Origin: Octopus sinensis
Lineage: Eukaryota
Reading direction: 5' to 3'
Assembly: GCF_006345805.1 (NCBI RefSeq)
Contig: NW_021835991.1
Location: 124,001 to 188,000, forward strand
DNA: 64,000 nt
This document shows positions 1 to 10,249 of this stretch, in pieces. The first letter of the stretch is position 1. Each line of letters starts with the position of its first letter. Below the pieces are notes generated by a model. The model was not told the origin of the DNA and did no database searches. It saw nothing but the letters and a program-made list of their open reading frames with translations. A program made the translations under genes and the position numbers.

Positions 1-720
1 AGAAGTAGCATAATAGGTGCAGGAGTGTCGTATCTGGAATTGGATAACAACACAAGGACTAGTATTTATGACAATCCAATTGCTGGGAATACTACTATCC
101 CAACTAACTTGCATTCCCTTTCGCCCATTATCGATGATGCTATTTGTGTTTCTGAAGCTGAGTGGGTGTCTCAGATTGTTTATGCCACGAAGCAAAGAAT
201 TGGGAGGATACCAAGAGGTGGATGGAATCTTATCCGTGAGAAGTTTAATTCAAAATTCTCGAATAGTGAGAGAATAAACGAGATTTATCACCAAGTGGTG
301 TGTATTCATTTTTTGAGATAATTTTTTTGGTTGTTCAATAAGACGGGAAATATTTGTATGCATTTTTTTGGAGTTGATGTTTTATAATTATTCAATTAGA
401 CGGGAAATATTTATATGCATTTTTTGTAGTTTATTTTTATAATTATTCAATGTCGTAGGTATGGAATTAAACGAAGCAAGAAATTGATGCCAAATTGGGA
501 AAGTAATTACAATGGAAAGGAACGTTCGGAAATTTGTTGCTTCTTTGGTGGAAACTTGTTGCTTTTGAAAGCAGCGGGGTAATAGAATGGAACTTAAATA
601 CCTATTCTATACTAATTGATCGGGTTACATCTAAATTATCCAAAAATTGTCCTCCTTCCTATAAAAAGTCTCTTAATCGAACAAACTGGGAGGAAATTGC
701 TTTTGATAATGTCGACTCAA

Positions 721-1331
721 AATGTCGAAATCAGAGTTGACACGTCAATTATAACTGAAACGAAAGTCCAATTTAATTAGATAATTTAAAATTTGAAATA
801 TTAGTAAATATATTATTCAATATAACAAGCCGGACATTTTTCTATACGACAAAAAATTAAACCAGATATGGCTAATAGAGATTGGAGTGACGTGTGTGAA
901 TAATTTTTGGTTATTACGTGGGAAGGAATAACATCCAGATTCTATGAACACTACCAAAATTCCCTACAAGTCCAGTCCCTTCAGACAATCGTAATCAAGA
1001 AAACATTGAAGAGCATGCTTGAGGAAAACAAGAATTCTGCGGGTCATTAATGCAAAGAAAACACATATGGCCACTATCGCAGAATTTTTATTTGAAAATA
1101 CAATAAAAAGTTGAAAAAATTAAAAAAACGATTCAGTCCAATCTGTTACTAACAATGAATTTGTGAAAATCCGAGTCGATACAAACCTCCTGACTAATAA
1201 TGCTATCCCGAATAAGGAGGCAGACATATTTGTTTATGACAAATCGAGCAACACAATTACTTTTATCGAGGTGGGGATCACTTCACAAAATTGTCCCAAG
1301 CAGGTCAAAGTGGAAAAGTTCCATTGTAAAT
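721..1331 (+). pseudogene. Remnants of REL (restriction-like endonuclease) non-LTR retrotransposons, two PD-(D/E)xK fragments
   Basis: Manual translation gives NVEIRVDT..Q/YNKPDIFLYDKK..LIEIGVT..VITWEGI (721-1020) and KIRVDT..NKEADIFVYDKS..FIEVGITSQ..VEK (1150-1331). Both are broken by indels and stops. Confidence 0.7.
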
Positions 1332-1727
1332 AAATTGACAATATCGAATATGATAAAAATCAACGTGGATATTTACGAACACATCAAAAAAGTAAATAAA
1401 ATAATATAAAAATCAAGGACAATAGAACATTTGAATAAATATGAAAAGCAAAATATAAATTAGTAATTTCAAAATTAAAAAATTTCGAAACTAATAATGA
1501 TATTTATCAAATGGATATCGTTTAGGAAATATAATAAAAATATACAAAAAATAACGACTATTTTGTTTTTTTGTTTTATTATTAACACATATAGCGTGGC
1601 TTGTGCATTTTCTTTTATATTAAAATAAAAGTCCTAATTTGTAAATTAAGAATTCCTAAAAGACTATTTAGGAAATACTTAGTACCTAGGAAATATGAAA
1701 ATATTTAGGAAATGGGAATAGGAAATA

Positions 1728-2430
1728 GTGAATATAACATTGATTCAGATATTAATAGTGAATAAGATTAATAATGTTGAATATTCGCAAAAAACTAGCT
1801 TTATTGCACCATTCGTAATAAAAATTGATTATGAGGTAGAAAATATCAACTCAATAACAGAAAGAGTAATTGAAAATTATATAGTTATAATACAGATTTT
1901 TCGTGACATTGATGGAAATTTTTTTGTTCAAATTTTTCAATTGTTATCGGCCATTATGAGAAATTTGCTGTTGATACACATTGTAATACGGTCAGCATCT
2001 ATAAAGAAAAGGAATTTTAGATCTTTTTATATTTAGATAACATGGAATTGGTTAAAGGTACGAAGATGTTCTTCCCAAATGCGTATATTAATTGGTCAAT
2101 TAAGCTACAAAGCCATTTATGGAAGCAAATATTTCTCTTTATAAGATAAGGAAATATTATCTTAATTCCTCTCTAAAATTAGGTATAGAAAGACAGTGCT
2201 AGATTTTGTGCTTAGAGTTGTTCAGGAATTTATAATCGGCATTTTCTTGATTAAAATAGATCGAGTTGTACATAGATGTTTTAAAATACCGAAAGAAAAG
2301 GCAATTAAAATATTGAACTCCTTATTGTGATTTGAATATTAGAAAATAACAATTAATATTTAAATAGAGAAATTTTATTAGATATTAGATTGAAAATCCG
2401 AAAATGTAAGGATCTGCCGACAACCGTGAA
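1728..2430 (+). pseudogene. Possible MULE-type transposase remnant
   Basis: Weak motifs DGNF..QIFQLLSAI and LVKGTKMFFPNA. TAGGAAATA repeats lie upstream (1520-1730). Heavily degenerate. Confidence 0.3.
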
Positions 2431-2813
2431 CCAAATTGTGCATTCACGTATCTCACTAGGAAATAAAAAAAATATTTGAGATTGGGAAAACCTTATATTT
2501 TTATTTTATTATTAATTGATTTTTTTTGAGGCCTACTTAAATAAACTTTTAGTATGTTTATACACGTTTTTGTTCTTATTGTCGTGTTTTCTTAAAAAAT
2601 TCTATTTTTATTTTGAATTAGATCTTGAATGAATAAAACATTATGAGCTTTCATTTAATGATTTTATTATTGAAATTTTCTGAATTTTATCTTTTATTTT
2701 GTTTTTATTCCTTTTAAAATCCATTTTCCTTTTGAAATTATTCTTTTGCAATTTAATTTGAAATTTTTAAAGATATTTTTCATAATTTACTTTTAATCTT
2801 TTTAATGAAATTA

Positions 2814-3865
2814 TTATAATTTGATTAATCTATCTATTTTTTTATCAGCATGGTTGAAAATTTCGTCGAAATATTCCGAAATGATTGCAGTTTTTTCAGT
2901 TTCACTAATGACTGTTCTTCCAAGTTTATCATGCACAGTAATATGGTTTGTTCTTTTTCCTCTGTTTATTAAGCGAACAGCTTTAAACATCCTTGTTCCA
3001 TCCTTATATTTTTCAATTTCAGCCACTTGCTCCTCAACTTCTTTTCGTAATTGACTTTTTTTTGTATTTTTTTGATTTTTGTTAATATTCTTCCACGTTG
3101 TGTCTTCAGTTCCCTTTTCCTATTTGCCGTCAATGTTTTGTTTAGTTCGAGCCTGAGTCTTTTCTGTTCAATCGAAAGAGATTCGATTTCCAAATTATTG
3201 TGCACGTATTTTCTTTTATGAACAGGTCCCAAAATAGATAATGACGTTTTCTTCATTGCAAGAACAGTCTCCGTCCATATTATGTTTGCCGGCTGGCTTA
3301 TGTCAATTTTATTAATTTCTCTTCTGAGATTTTCACTGTACCCAATTCTCTTGGATTTGTCGTAAACAAGTTTCTTTGTGTCGATGGTTTCCATTTGTCC
3401 TGTTCTTTGTCGCCAACTGTTCCATGTAATCTCTTTAAAACAATCCTAGTCACAACCTGTTTATGATCACTACTGGTTTCAAGACCATCATAGGATCTCG
3501 CATCTGACAATATGTTTTTCATAATTCTTCTGCATATGATGTAGTCAATCTGGTTATAAATTGGGTAAATGTTTCTGTTTTTGTCTTTTCTTGCTCCTGT
3601 CCAGGTAGTTTTATGCCTTGCTCGGTGGTCGAAGGCGGTGTTCGATATGAATAGGTCAAATGGCGAACAGAATTGAATTAAGCAGGTCTCTCCAAACCGG
3701 GCTTTCCCTGCTCTGGCGTTCCAATCGCCAGCAATAAGAATTAAATATGACGACGACAGGGAGTTATGTGTCTCCTTAAGGGTGGAATAAAATTCGTCCA
3801 ACTCTTCAGGTTTGGAGTTAACTCTCGCTCCCGTTGGCGCATATATATTGATAATTGATATAATA
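2814..3865 (-). pseudogene. RTE-clade non-LTR element, 3' part of the APE endonuclease and linker (no RT)
   Basis: ORFs 3298-3933, 2969-3394 and 2814-3026 contain INIYAPT, AGDWNAR, NQIDYII and SSDHKQV. The frame continues across the 3866-8531 insertion. Confidence 0.85.
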
Positions 3866-4425
3866 TGTCGCGAGCGCAGCGCGCGACCGAGCGCTAGACG
3901 CACTTTGACACCTAACAAGCCTATCATCAACAAATATATTTATTAAATTATTTAAAATTTTAACATGATTTAAAATTAAAATTGAAATAACTTAAGTTTT
4001 CCATTGAATCCCATAAAATATTTTATAAGTAGACCTTAATAGAAAAAGTAAAATCAATGAATACTGAACGCTAATTTGGTTTAGGTTGTGAGGGGGGTAA
4101 TAATTTGACAGATCTCATTGCTATTTTTTCGTTTTAATCTCTAAAATTAGGTCTTCTAATCAAAAATGAACTGTGCAGACAGGCTTGCTCCTTCAGAAGA
4201 TTCTTGTTTTGACATTTTTATAAATTATGAAGCATTTAGATTTTTTCTCATTATTCTAAAATATCAATTATAAATTTTAAAATATTATTTTTATTTATGA
4301 AATCGGTTTTAAAGCTCATTCTGCTTTGGCATCGATTTTAATTTTTGTTATCGAATATATTTAATCCCAAATACAAGCCTGGGTATTTGTAATTGGCCGA
4401 AAAAAAAAAAAATTTTTTTTTCGGC

Positions 4426-5595
4426 ATGACACGTTTCGTTTCTCGTGGTGCAAAAAATAAAACTATCAAAAACTCAAAATCTTCTGTGTCTCAAGAGCTT
4501 GAACGCAAAGATGAAATCCGTATCAAAGATGAGGAGGGGTCACACTCCTCTCAAGTCTCTTTGAACAATCCAAACTGTACTGAGTCTCTTGTCCTCTCGC
4601 TGCAGATAAAAAATTATGCGATTGGACGAATAAAGTCCTTTAATATTCTAACCAAATCCGAGACTGCACAGAAGGCCCGAATTACTGCCAGGAAGTCTGG
4701 GGACTTTACCCTCGAATTCTCAAATTCTAGTGATAGGGACTCGTTTGTGAATGACTTCGAGTATAACAAACCATTTGGCCAGGACGGCCATTATATTTCT
4801 GCGTGCAGTCTGCAACCATCGACCGTAGTCTTGAAGGGAATACCATCTTGGGTCTCCGAGGAAGACCTGGATCTTTACCTCAAAGAAATTCTCAACCCCG
4901 GTTTTACTTTCCAACGGTTCTACAAAAATGGACGGAGTATACCTGTTGGAAAGTTGAGTCTGAATTCGAGGGCAGAAGCCACTTCGCTTGTAAGGATGGG
5001 AATCGAAGTGGGATTTCAAAAAATACGATGCGAATGGTTTAAAAACCCAGCAACAAGATGCTTTCGCTGCCAACAATTTGGTCACATTGCTAACTTCTGC
5101 AAAGAAGTGGAAAGATGTCTTTTCTGTGGTGGTGATCATAATATGAAAATGTGCCCGATTAAAGGAAAAACTGAGAAAAAATGTATAAACTGCGGTCTGA
5201 GTGGGCATTTGGCTTGCTACGGTGGCTGCTCTTCAGCTAAGGCAGCCACTGAACAACTAAAAAAGCAGCTCAGTGCCAGGGACAGACTGGCCAAAGCAGA
5301 ACACTCAAAAACTGTATGGTCAAAAGCGGAGGCCGTTGAATCTGTATGGCGAAAACCCACAATTTCCCGCTGTTTTGACTCCTCAACGCAAACAGATGTT
5401 AGTGAAGACGCAACTTTGCCTCCCAATACACAACACACAGAGCCTCCAACCCGCTTTAAGAGGAAAGCACCAACTATCGACGTTGAGCTTACCTCTATGA
5501 TTCGCAAAATAATCGCTATATGCGATGAAAAAGGCCTCGATATCAACAATCTGTTGTCCCTTTCTCTTGGAAGGGAAAGGATTGATCAGGCGTGA
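4426..5595 (+). CDS. LINE ORF1, gag-like nucleic-acid-binding protein with three CCHC knuckles
   Basis: CFRCQQFGHIANFC, CLFCGGDHNMKMC, CINCGLSGHLACYGGC. The first ATG is at 4426; the track's TTG at 4393 lies in the 5' hairpin. Confidence 0.9.
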   Translation: MTRFVSRGAKNKTIKNSKSSVSQELERKDEIRIKDEEGSHSSQVSLNNPNCTESLVLSLQIKNYAIGRIKSFNILTKSETAQKARITARKSGDFTLEFSNSSDRDSFVNDFEYNKPFGQDGHYISACSLQPSTVVLKGIPSWVSEEDLDLYLKEILNPGFTFQRFYKNGRSIPVGKLSLNSRAEATSLVRMGIEVGFQKIRCEWFKNPATRCFRCQQFGHIANFCKEVERCLFCGGDHNMKMCPIKGKTEKKCINCGLSGHLACYGGCSSAKAATEQLKKQLSARDRLAKAEHSKTVWSKAEAVESVWRKPTISRCFDSSTQTDVSEDATLPPNTQHTEPPTRFKRKAPTIDVELTSMIRKIIAICDEKGLDINNLLSLSLGRERIDQA

Positions 5596-8222
5596 GCCCC
5601 TTTCTGTCTATTATCGCTGTGAACGCACGTTCTCTAAAGAGAAGGCGTTCAGAGATTGAGGATATGTTATCCCATAACCCCGTGGACCTTTTGATCGTAA
5701 ACGAAACAAAAATCAAAAAACATGATGATTACTACTTGGATGGCTATCGTTCCCTTGATATTAAGTGGAAGCCGGGCTCGATCGCTGGAACAGGCACTTC
5801 TATCTACTACAAATCAACTCTAAGGGTGAAAAATCTAAAAATTGTGTCCGAGGAATTGTGTGAATTCCTCACAATCGACGTCCTTCTGGAAAAAGGGTGG
5901 GTAACAATCGGAGGGATGTACTCAAAATCCCTTTCCAATTATTCATCGCTTATCAAGGACTTTTTTGCCGATAAACACAATCATTTGTCAATACTCCTCG
6001 GGGATCTAAATGCCAAATGCACATCTTTTGGCTGTCTGAGAACCAACAGGGATGGCATCATTCTTAAGAAGCTTTCAGAATCTCTCAGTTTCTCGGTCAT
6101 CACATCAAAAACCCCAAATCATTACTCACCAGGAGGGTGGGACTATTTGGGCGTAGCATTGGTCTCTATGTCTACTCTTCAATTTATGGAACAACCGTAC
6201 ACCTTAAATGATATTGGAAGTGACCATCTACCAATTTTATACAAACTCAACCTTGGACCTTTAAAGGGTAAACCAACTTTTATACGATATAACCTCTCGA
6301 CTATAAACTGGGAACACTACCGAAAATGTTTTACACTTTATCTGAGCAATTTCGCTCCTAAACTTGACGAAAATTCTTCATCTGAGGACCTCGAGAAGTC
6401 TAGCAATTCCCTTATTGGATACATAAAGTCTTATCTGGAAACATATTCTACAAAAATCGTCTCAAACAATAGGAAAACTCACATGCCAAACATGAATGTT
6501 GAAATCCTACTAAGGAAAAAACAATGTCTAAGGAACAAACTCCGGCGCTGCGCAGATTTTCGTGACCGGTCCGTTTTGGAAAGTGAAATCTTCACCATTA
6601 CGGAAGAAATAAGAAAATCGGCGAAGGTGGCGAAGGATAAAAAATGGAATACTGAGTGCAAAAAGCTACATAAAGGAAGTCCAAATTTTTGGAAGGTCTA
6701 CTCGAAATTAACCTCGACGTCTGAGAAAACTATACCTAAACTGCTAAAACAAGATGGATCCCCTGCATCTCATGAAGAAATCCCGAACATATTTGCTGAT
6801 AGTCTCAAAAGAATACAAGAAGTCAATCCGGATACAAATCTATCTGATTCAGCTTTGTTTGATATGGAAAAAGAGTTGGAAGACAATCTTAGCTCATTAC
6901 CAATGTGCTCGGAATCTATAACGTGCAAAGACGTGGAAAATGCAGTTAGATACTCCAAAAATAACGCTCCGGGAAAGGACAAGATAACCATGCGCATGTT
7001 CAAAGAAGCTCCCAAGCAACTTTACGAATATTTGGGATGTCTCTTCTCCCGCAGTGTGAGCTTGGGATACGTCCCTTCTTCATGGAAACTGACGGAGGTA
7101 AGGATGATACGGAAGCCTGGAAAACCTGGTTACTTGGCGACAAGTTATAGGCCTATAAGCCTAATTCCTACCATCAGTCGAATAATGGAAAGGGTAATGT
7201 TTGAACGACTCTCTGAACACGTCGAGAGAAATGGTTATCTCAAAGACGTGCAGTGGGGCTTTCGGAGGGGTCGTTCCTGTGCTGACTGTCTTTATACACT
7301 CAATTCGTCGATTGTAAAGGCTCTGGATTTCAAAGAGTGTCTGACAATTGTGTCTCTAGACATCTCAAAAGCCTTTGATATGGTTTGGCACCTCGGTCTC
7401 CTTAGACATCTGGCGAAGTGTCACATAGACAAAGGACTATTCCTATGGCTAAAAGACTTCCTCCGCGACAGGCGCTCTGTGATAAGCTTTCTGAACTATG
7501 ACTCGGATGAACTGAAACTTAAAAGAGGCGTCCCTCAAGGATCAGTCCTCAGTCCTCTATTATTCAACATTGTGATGAGCAATCTGCCGTCTCCTGTCAA
7601 CACACGGACGGAAATTTTGATATACGCCGATGATGTTGTAATCCTTGACATTTCATCGAAACCTGCCTTATCCGAACAAAGGATTATATCATATATGAAT
7701 ACAGTGGAGCAATGGTGCGATGAAAATATGTTCATTATTGCGCGTGAGAAGTCCGCATTACTGAGAATCACAGAAAGCAGAAATTTAATAAATTTACCGT
7801 GCCTGATCAAGAACATACCTCGACAAAACTCAATTAAATATCTTGGCTTGTTCATCGATGAAAAGGGAAACTATCTCGAAAACGCAAAATTAAGTAAAAG
7901 GAAAGCAACTAATGCTCTGTTCTGCCTGAGGAAGTTAAATTTGGAGCCTGATACTTTCCTCTACGTTTTCAATACGGTGATCCTACCGGGACTACTATAC
8001 GGAAAAGAGGGATGGTACTTCTCTAAAAAGAAGGACACCATCTTAACTAAATTTGAAAAGTCTCGCAGGCTCGCTTTGAAGCTTGCTTACCACCAAAAAG
8101 TTGAAGATCCAATCCCCCTGTGGCTTGAAAGTAAATCCTCCATGGTCGGTGAAACTGTCGAAAAAGCTATAAGTGGTTATAAATCCAACTCAATTGTCAC
8201 TGGGACGTACCTGCAGAGGTAG
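5592..8222 (+). CDS. LINE ORF2, APE endonuclease + reverse transcriptase
   Basis: VNARSL, NETK, GDLNAK, SDHLP; YRPISL, QWGFR, LDISKAFD, GVPQGSVLSPLLF, YADD, IKYLG. 876 aa with no stops. Confidence 0.95.
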   Translation: MSPFLSIIAVNARSLKRRRSEIEDMLSHNPVDLLIVNETKIKKHDDYYLDGYRSLDIKWKPGSIAGTGTSIYYKSTLRVKNLKIVSEELCEFLTIDVLLEKGWVTIGGMYSKSLSNYSSLIKDFFADKHNHLSILLGDLNAKCTSFGCLRTNRDGIILKKLSESLSFSVITSKTPNHYSPGGWDYLGVALVSMSTLQFMEQPYTLNDIGSDHLPILYKLNLGPLKGKPTFIRYNLSTINWEHYRKCFTLYLSNFAPKLDENSSSEDLEKSSNSLIGYIKSYLETYSTKIVSNNRKTHMPNMNVEILLRKKQCLRNKLRRCADFRDRSVLESEIFTITEEIRKSAKVAKDKKWNTECKKLHKGSPNFWKVYSKLTSTSEKTIPKLLKQDGSPASHEEIPNIFADSLKRIQEVNPDTNLSDSALFDMEKELEDNLSSLPMCSESITCKDVENAVRYSKNNAPGKDKITMRMFKEAPKQLYEYLGCLFSRSVSLGYVPSSWKLTEVRMIRKPGKPGYLATSYRPISLIPTISRIMERVMFERLSEHVERNGYLKDVQWGFRRGRSCADCLYTLNSSIVKALDFKECLTIVSLDISKAFDMVWHLGLLRHLAKCHIDKGLFLWLKDFLRDRRSVISFLNYDSDELKLKRGVPQGSVLSPLLFNIVMSNLPSPVNTRTEILIYADDVVILDISSKPALSEQRIISYMNTVEQWCDENMFIIAREKSALLRITESRNLINLPCLIKNIPRQNSIKYLGLFIDEKGNYLENAKLSKRKATNALFCLRKLNLEPDTFLYVFNTVILPGLLYGKEGWYFSKKKDTILTKFEKSRRLALKLAYHQKVEDPIPLWLESKSSMVGETVEKAISGYKSNSIVTGTYLQR

Positions 8223-8227
8223 AAAAG

Positions 8228-8261
<34 letters not shown>

Positions 8262-8440
8262 ACTTGAGGGGGTCTCTTTTTTTTTCTGGGAAGAAGTCGA
8301 TAGGGTAGTCCTATTGTTTCATTATACAAACTCCCCCCTAACCTTTAACCCTTCTCTGTTTCCAATAAAACTTCCTTCCTTCCTTCCTGGGTATTTGTCA
8401 ATTTATAGATTTTTTGATTGATCGGATCTAGAAATTGAGT

Positions 8441-8525
8441 GGTCGCTCGCTGCGCTCGGTCGCTCGCTGCGCTCGGTCGCTCGCTGCGCTCGGTCGCTCG
8501 CTGCGCTCGGTCGCTCGCTGCGCTC
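8441..8525 (+). repeat. Five perfect tandem copies of the 17-mer GGTCGCTCGCTGCGCTC (subterminal array of the TIR element)
   Basis: Counted directly. About 1.4 inverted copies sit at the other end (3872-3895). Confidence 0.95.
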
Positions 8526-8536
8526 GCGACATAATA

Positions 8537-8850
8537 GAATTAGGTTTATCTCCAAACATCATCTGCATAACTGCCACACGATCAGAAACCGCTATGTTCT
8601 AGTCATCAAATTGTATAAATGACGGTGTACTGCAAACCTCAGACTATGTGTCGACAAGTGCATGGTAGGGTAATAATATAAAAATTACCGGCAAGTGTGA
8701 TGTTTTTCTCAGTCGTCTTCGTCTCTTGGAAAAGGCAGACACTGACATGGTGATTCCAGAGATCCCGTGCAAGTTGGTGCTGCTTGTAAATGAATTTCAG
8801 TCATCTTGTGTTAAAGCTCCAAAGTGAAAACGTGGGGGACGTCGCGAAAG
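8537..8850 (-). pseudogene. RTE-clade element, 5' part of the APE endonuclease
   Basis: The minus strand reads SFNTR*..KQHQLARDLWNHHVSVCLFQETK..SDRVAVMQMMFGDKPNS and joins 3865 after the insertion is removed. Confidence 0.75.
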
Positions 8851-8869
8851 TTGTAAAACGCGAAAAAGA

Positions 8870-9090
8870 CATATCCGTAACAGACAGAGGCATTCCGAGG
8901 AAGACCAAAGACAACACTTTTATCGGTGCTAAATCAGGATCTCAAAATTATTGGGAGGAAACTCGAAACTGCTGATGACCTCGACAACCTGAGAGAATTG
9001 GAAAAGAGGAGAGGCACCTGGAGAAGTTTGTGGGACAGTATTGTTCTTCACGCGACACAAGGGAAGCTTAATTAGTTTAATGACTTCTCG
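8870..9090 (+). pseudogene. RTE-type C-terminal fragment
   Basis: AFRGRPKTTLLSVLNQDL..LRELEKRRGTWRSLW, the typical RTE RGRPxxT..DL..W tail. Confidence 0.55.
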
Positions 9091-10249
9091 GGAGTGCTTT
9101 TAATAATAATAATCAGCATGGCAATTGTCAATTCTTTCTTCTCGCCTTTTCGTTCTTTCAGGCTTATGACTTGCACTGTCTGAAGTGTCAGCTAGGACAG
9201 CATGTTGTTATGTAGACCTGTCAGGACGTTTTCCGTCTACACGGTCTAGCCCTACTGGCTCCAGTACTGAAGGGAATTCAATAAAAGTCAAAATCAAATG
9301 GATTATAAACCATAATGACTCTTGTTTAAAATCATAAAAAAATCAACTTTCGAATTGATTGGACCAGGAGTCGGTAAATACTTTTGGGGAAGAGCGAATT
9401 TTAGACATTTTTGGAAATTCCGATAAATTGAAGATCTATCTTTTACCATTTGTCCAAATCAAAAATTATGAATTCATTATTATAGAGATTTTAATAACAG
9501 ACAAGGCTGAAGTTGTCTATAAAAAGCACTTTCGAGCTTAGTTTTGCATTACATTACCATCTTTACCCCTCTAAGTAAATTTCGTATGTGCTCACTACAA
9601 TATGGTTGAAAGGATCCTAGTTTTGTGTGAGGAATTGGGCTAAAAACATCATGTGCACGTATAAAGATATTATTTTTGTCGAAAGTGATGAGATTGGCTG
9701 AGAAGAGTATGTGACAAATAGCATCCGGTAGATTTCCTTGGAGCGGTTGAATTATCAGACAAATAATTGATTTGAACAACGTTTACCGGGCCTATCCACG
9801 GTGTGGGAAATTAGATCCTCGGTCATCCATTGGAGTCTGAGCAGTATTTCCGAGCCATGAAGGAGTGGATGTTTTTCTTTATTCGGGTGGTTAAAGATGT
9901 TTCGATCAGATTTCATAGAGGCATCGAGAGCCAAGGGATAAATCTCAGAAGACGGATCCAGTCCTGTTTAGACAAGGTCACAGCGTCGATACATGTTGAT
10001 AGAGCATCGGCCGAAGTAGCTCGTCCAGCCTTGGAGATCTTCACATATGTAGCGAGATTTGCGCCTATCCAATATGAGCTTCAGCATGGAAATAGGGTCG
10101 GACGGCACCCGGTTGCAAATGTTACAAAAGTTCACACATAAAGCACCAATTCGCGTAGCCCTTCATAGTGTAATTATAATTCACATATTCTTGATAATAT
10201 TGACATAACGTCCAAAACAACTTTTTTATTCACTAGTGATGAAATCCAA

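Larger units (their letters stand above)
4391..8385 (+). mobile_element. Full-length two-ORF non-LTR retrotransposon (gag-like ORF1; APE+RT ORF2)
   Basis: 13-bp TSD CCTGGGTATTTGT (4378-4390 and 8386-8398). The 3' end is AATAAA followed by a (TTCC)n tail, and both ORFs are open. Confidence 0.92.
3866..8531. mobile_element. Non-autonomous TIR element (TGT...ACA ends, about 660 bp without the nested LINE)
   Basis: Inverted termini TGTCGCGAGCGCAGCG..GCGACCGAGCGC at 3866 and 8531. 5-bp TSD TAATA (3861-3865 and 8532-8536). Removing it restores RTE ...DKPNS/IISIINIYAPT. Confidence 0.85.

Noticed and set aside
4393-4425. TTG start and MAEKKKNFFFG extension of ORF1
   Set aside because: Lies in the A/T hairpin leader; ATG 4426 is the plausible start.
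4720-7855. Antisense or overlapping ORFs inside LINEs (e.g. 4720-5208, 5217-5549, 7535-7855; likewise 58042-60055)
   Set aside because: Shadow frames of long GC-richer ORFs with no motifs.
8222-8258. Poly(A) as the LINE 3' end
   Set aside because: The 13-bp TSD places the end at about 8385, after the (TTCC)n tail.
8441-8525. The repeat unit contains CTCGCTGCGCTCGGTCG, which I recall from beside the pUC/pBR322 origin; it also resembles AAV Rep-binding GCTC repeats
   Set aside because: No adjoining vector or ITR sequence. The array is part of a TIR with an inverted partner at 3866 and a TSD, so this is coincidence rather than contamination.
8441-8525. CRISPR-like array
   Set aside because: Contiguous tandem units with no spacers, no cas genes and a eukaryotic context.
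9170-9280. Stem-rich segment possibly being an RTE 5' ribozyme
   Set aside because: I could not fit HDV topology or a hammerhead core (no CTGANGA/GAAA).
9549-10141. ORFs 9549-9779 and 9830-10141 as genes
   Set aside because: No recognisable motifs in any frame; probably decayed element DNA.
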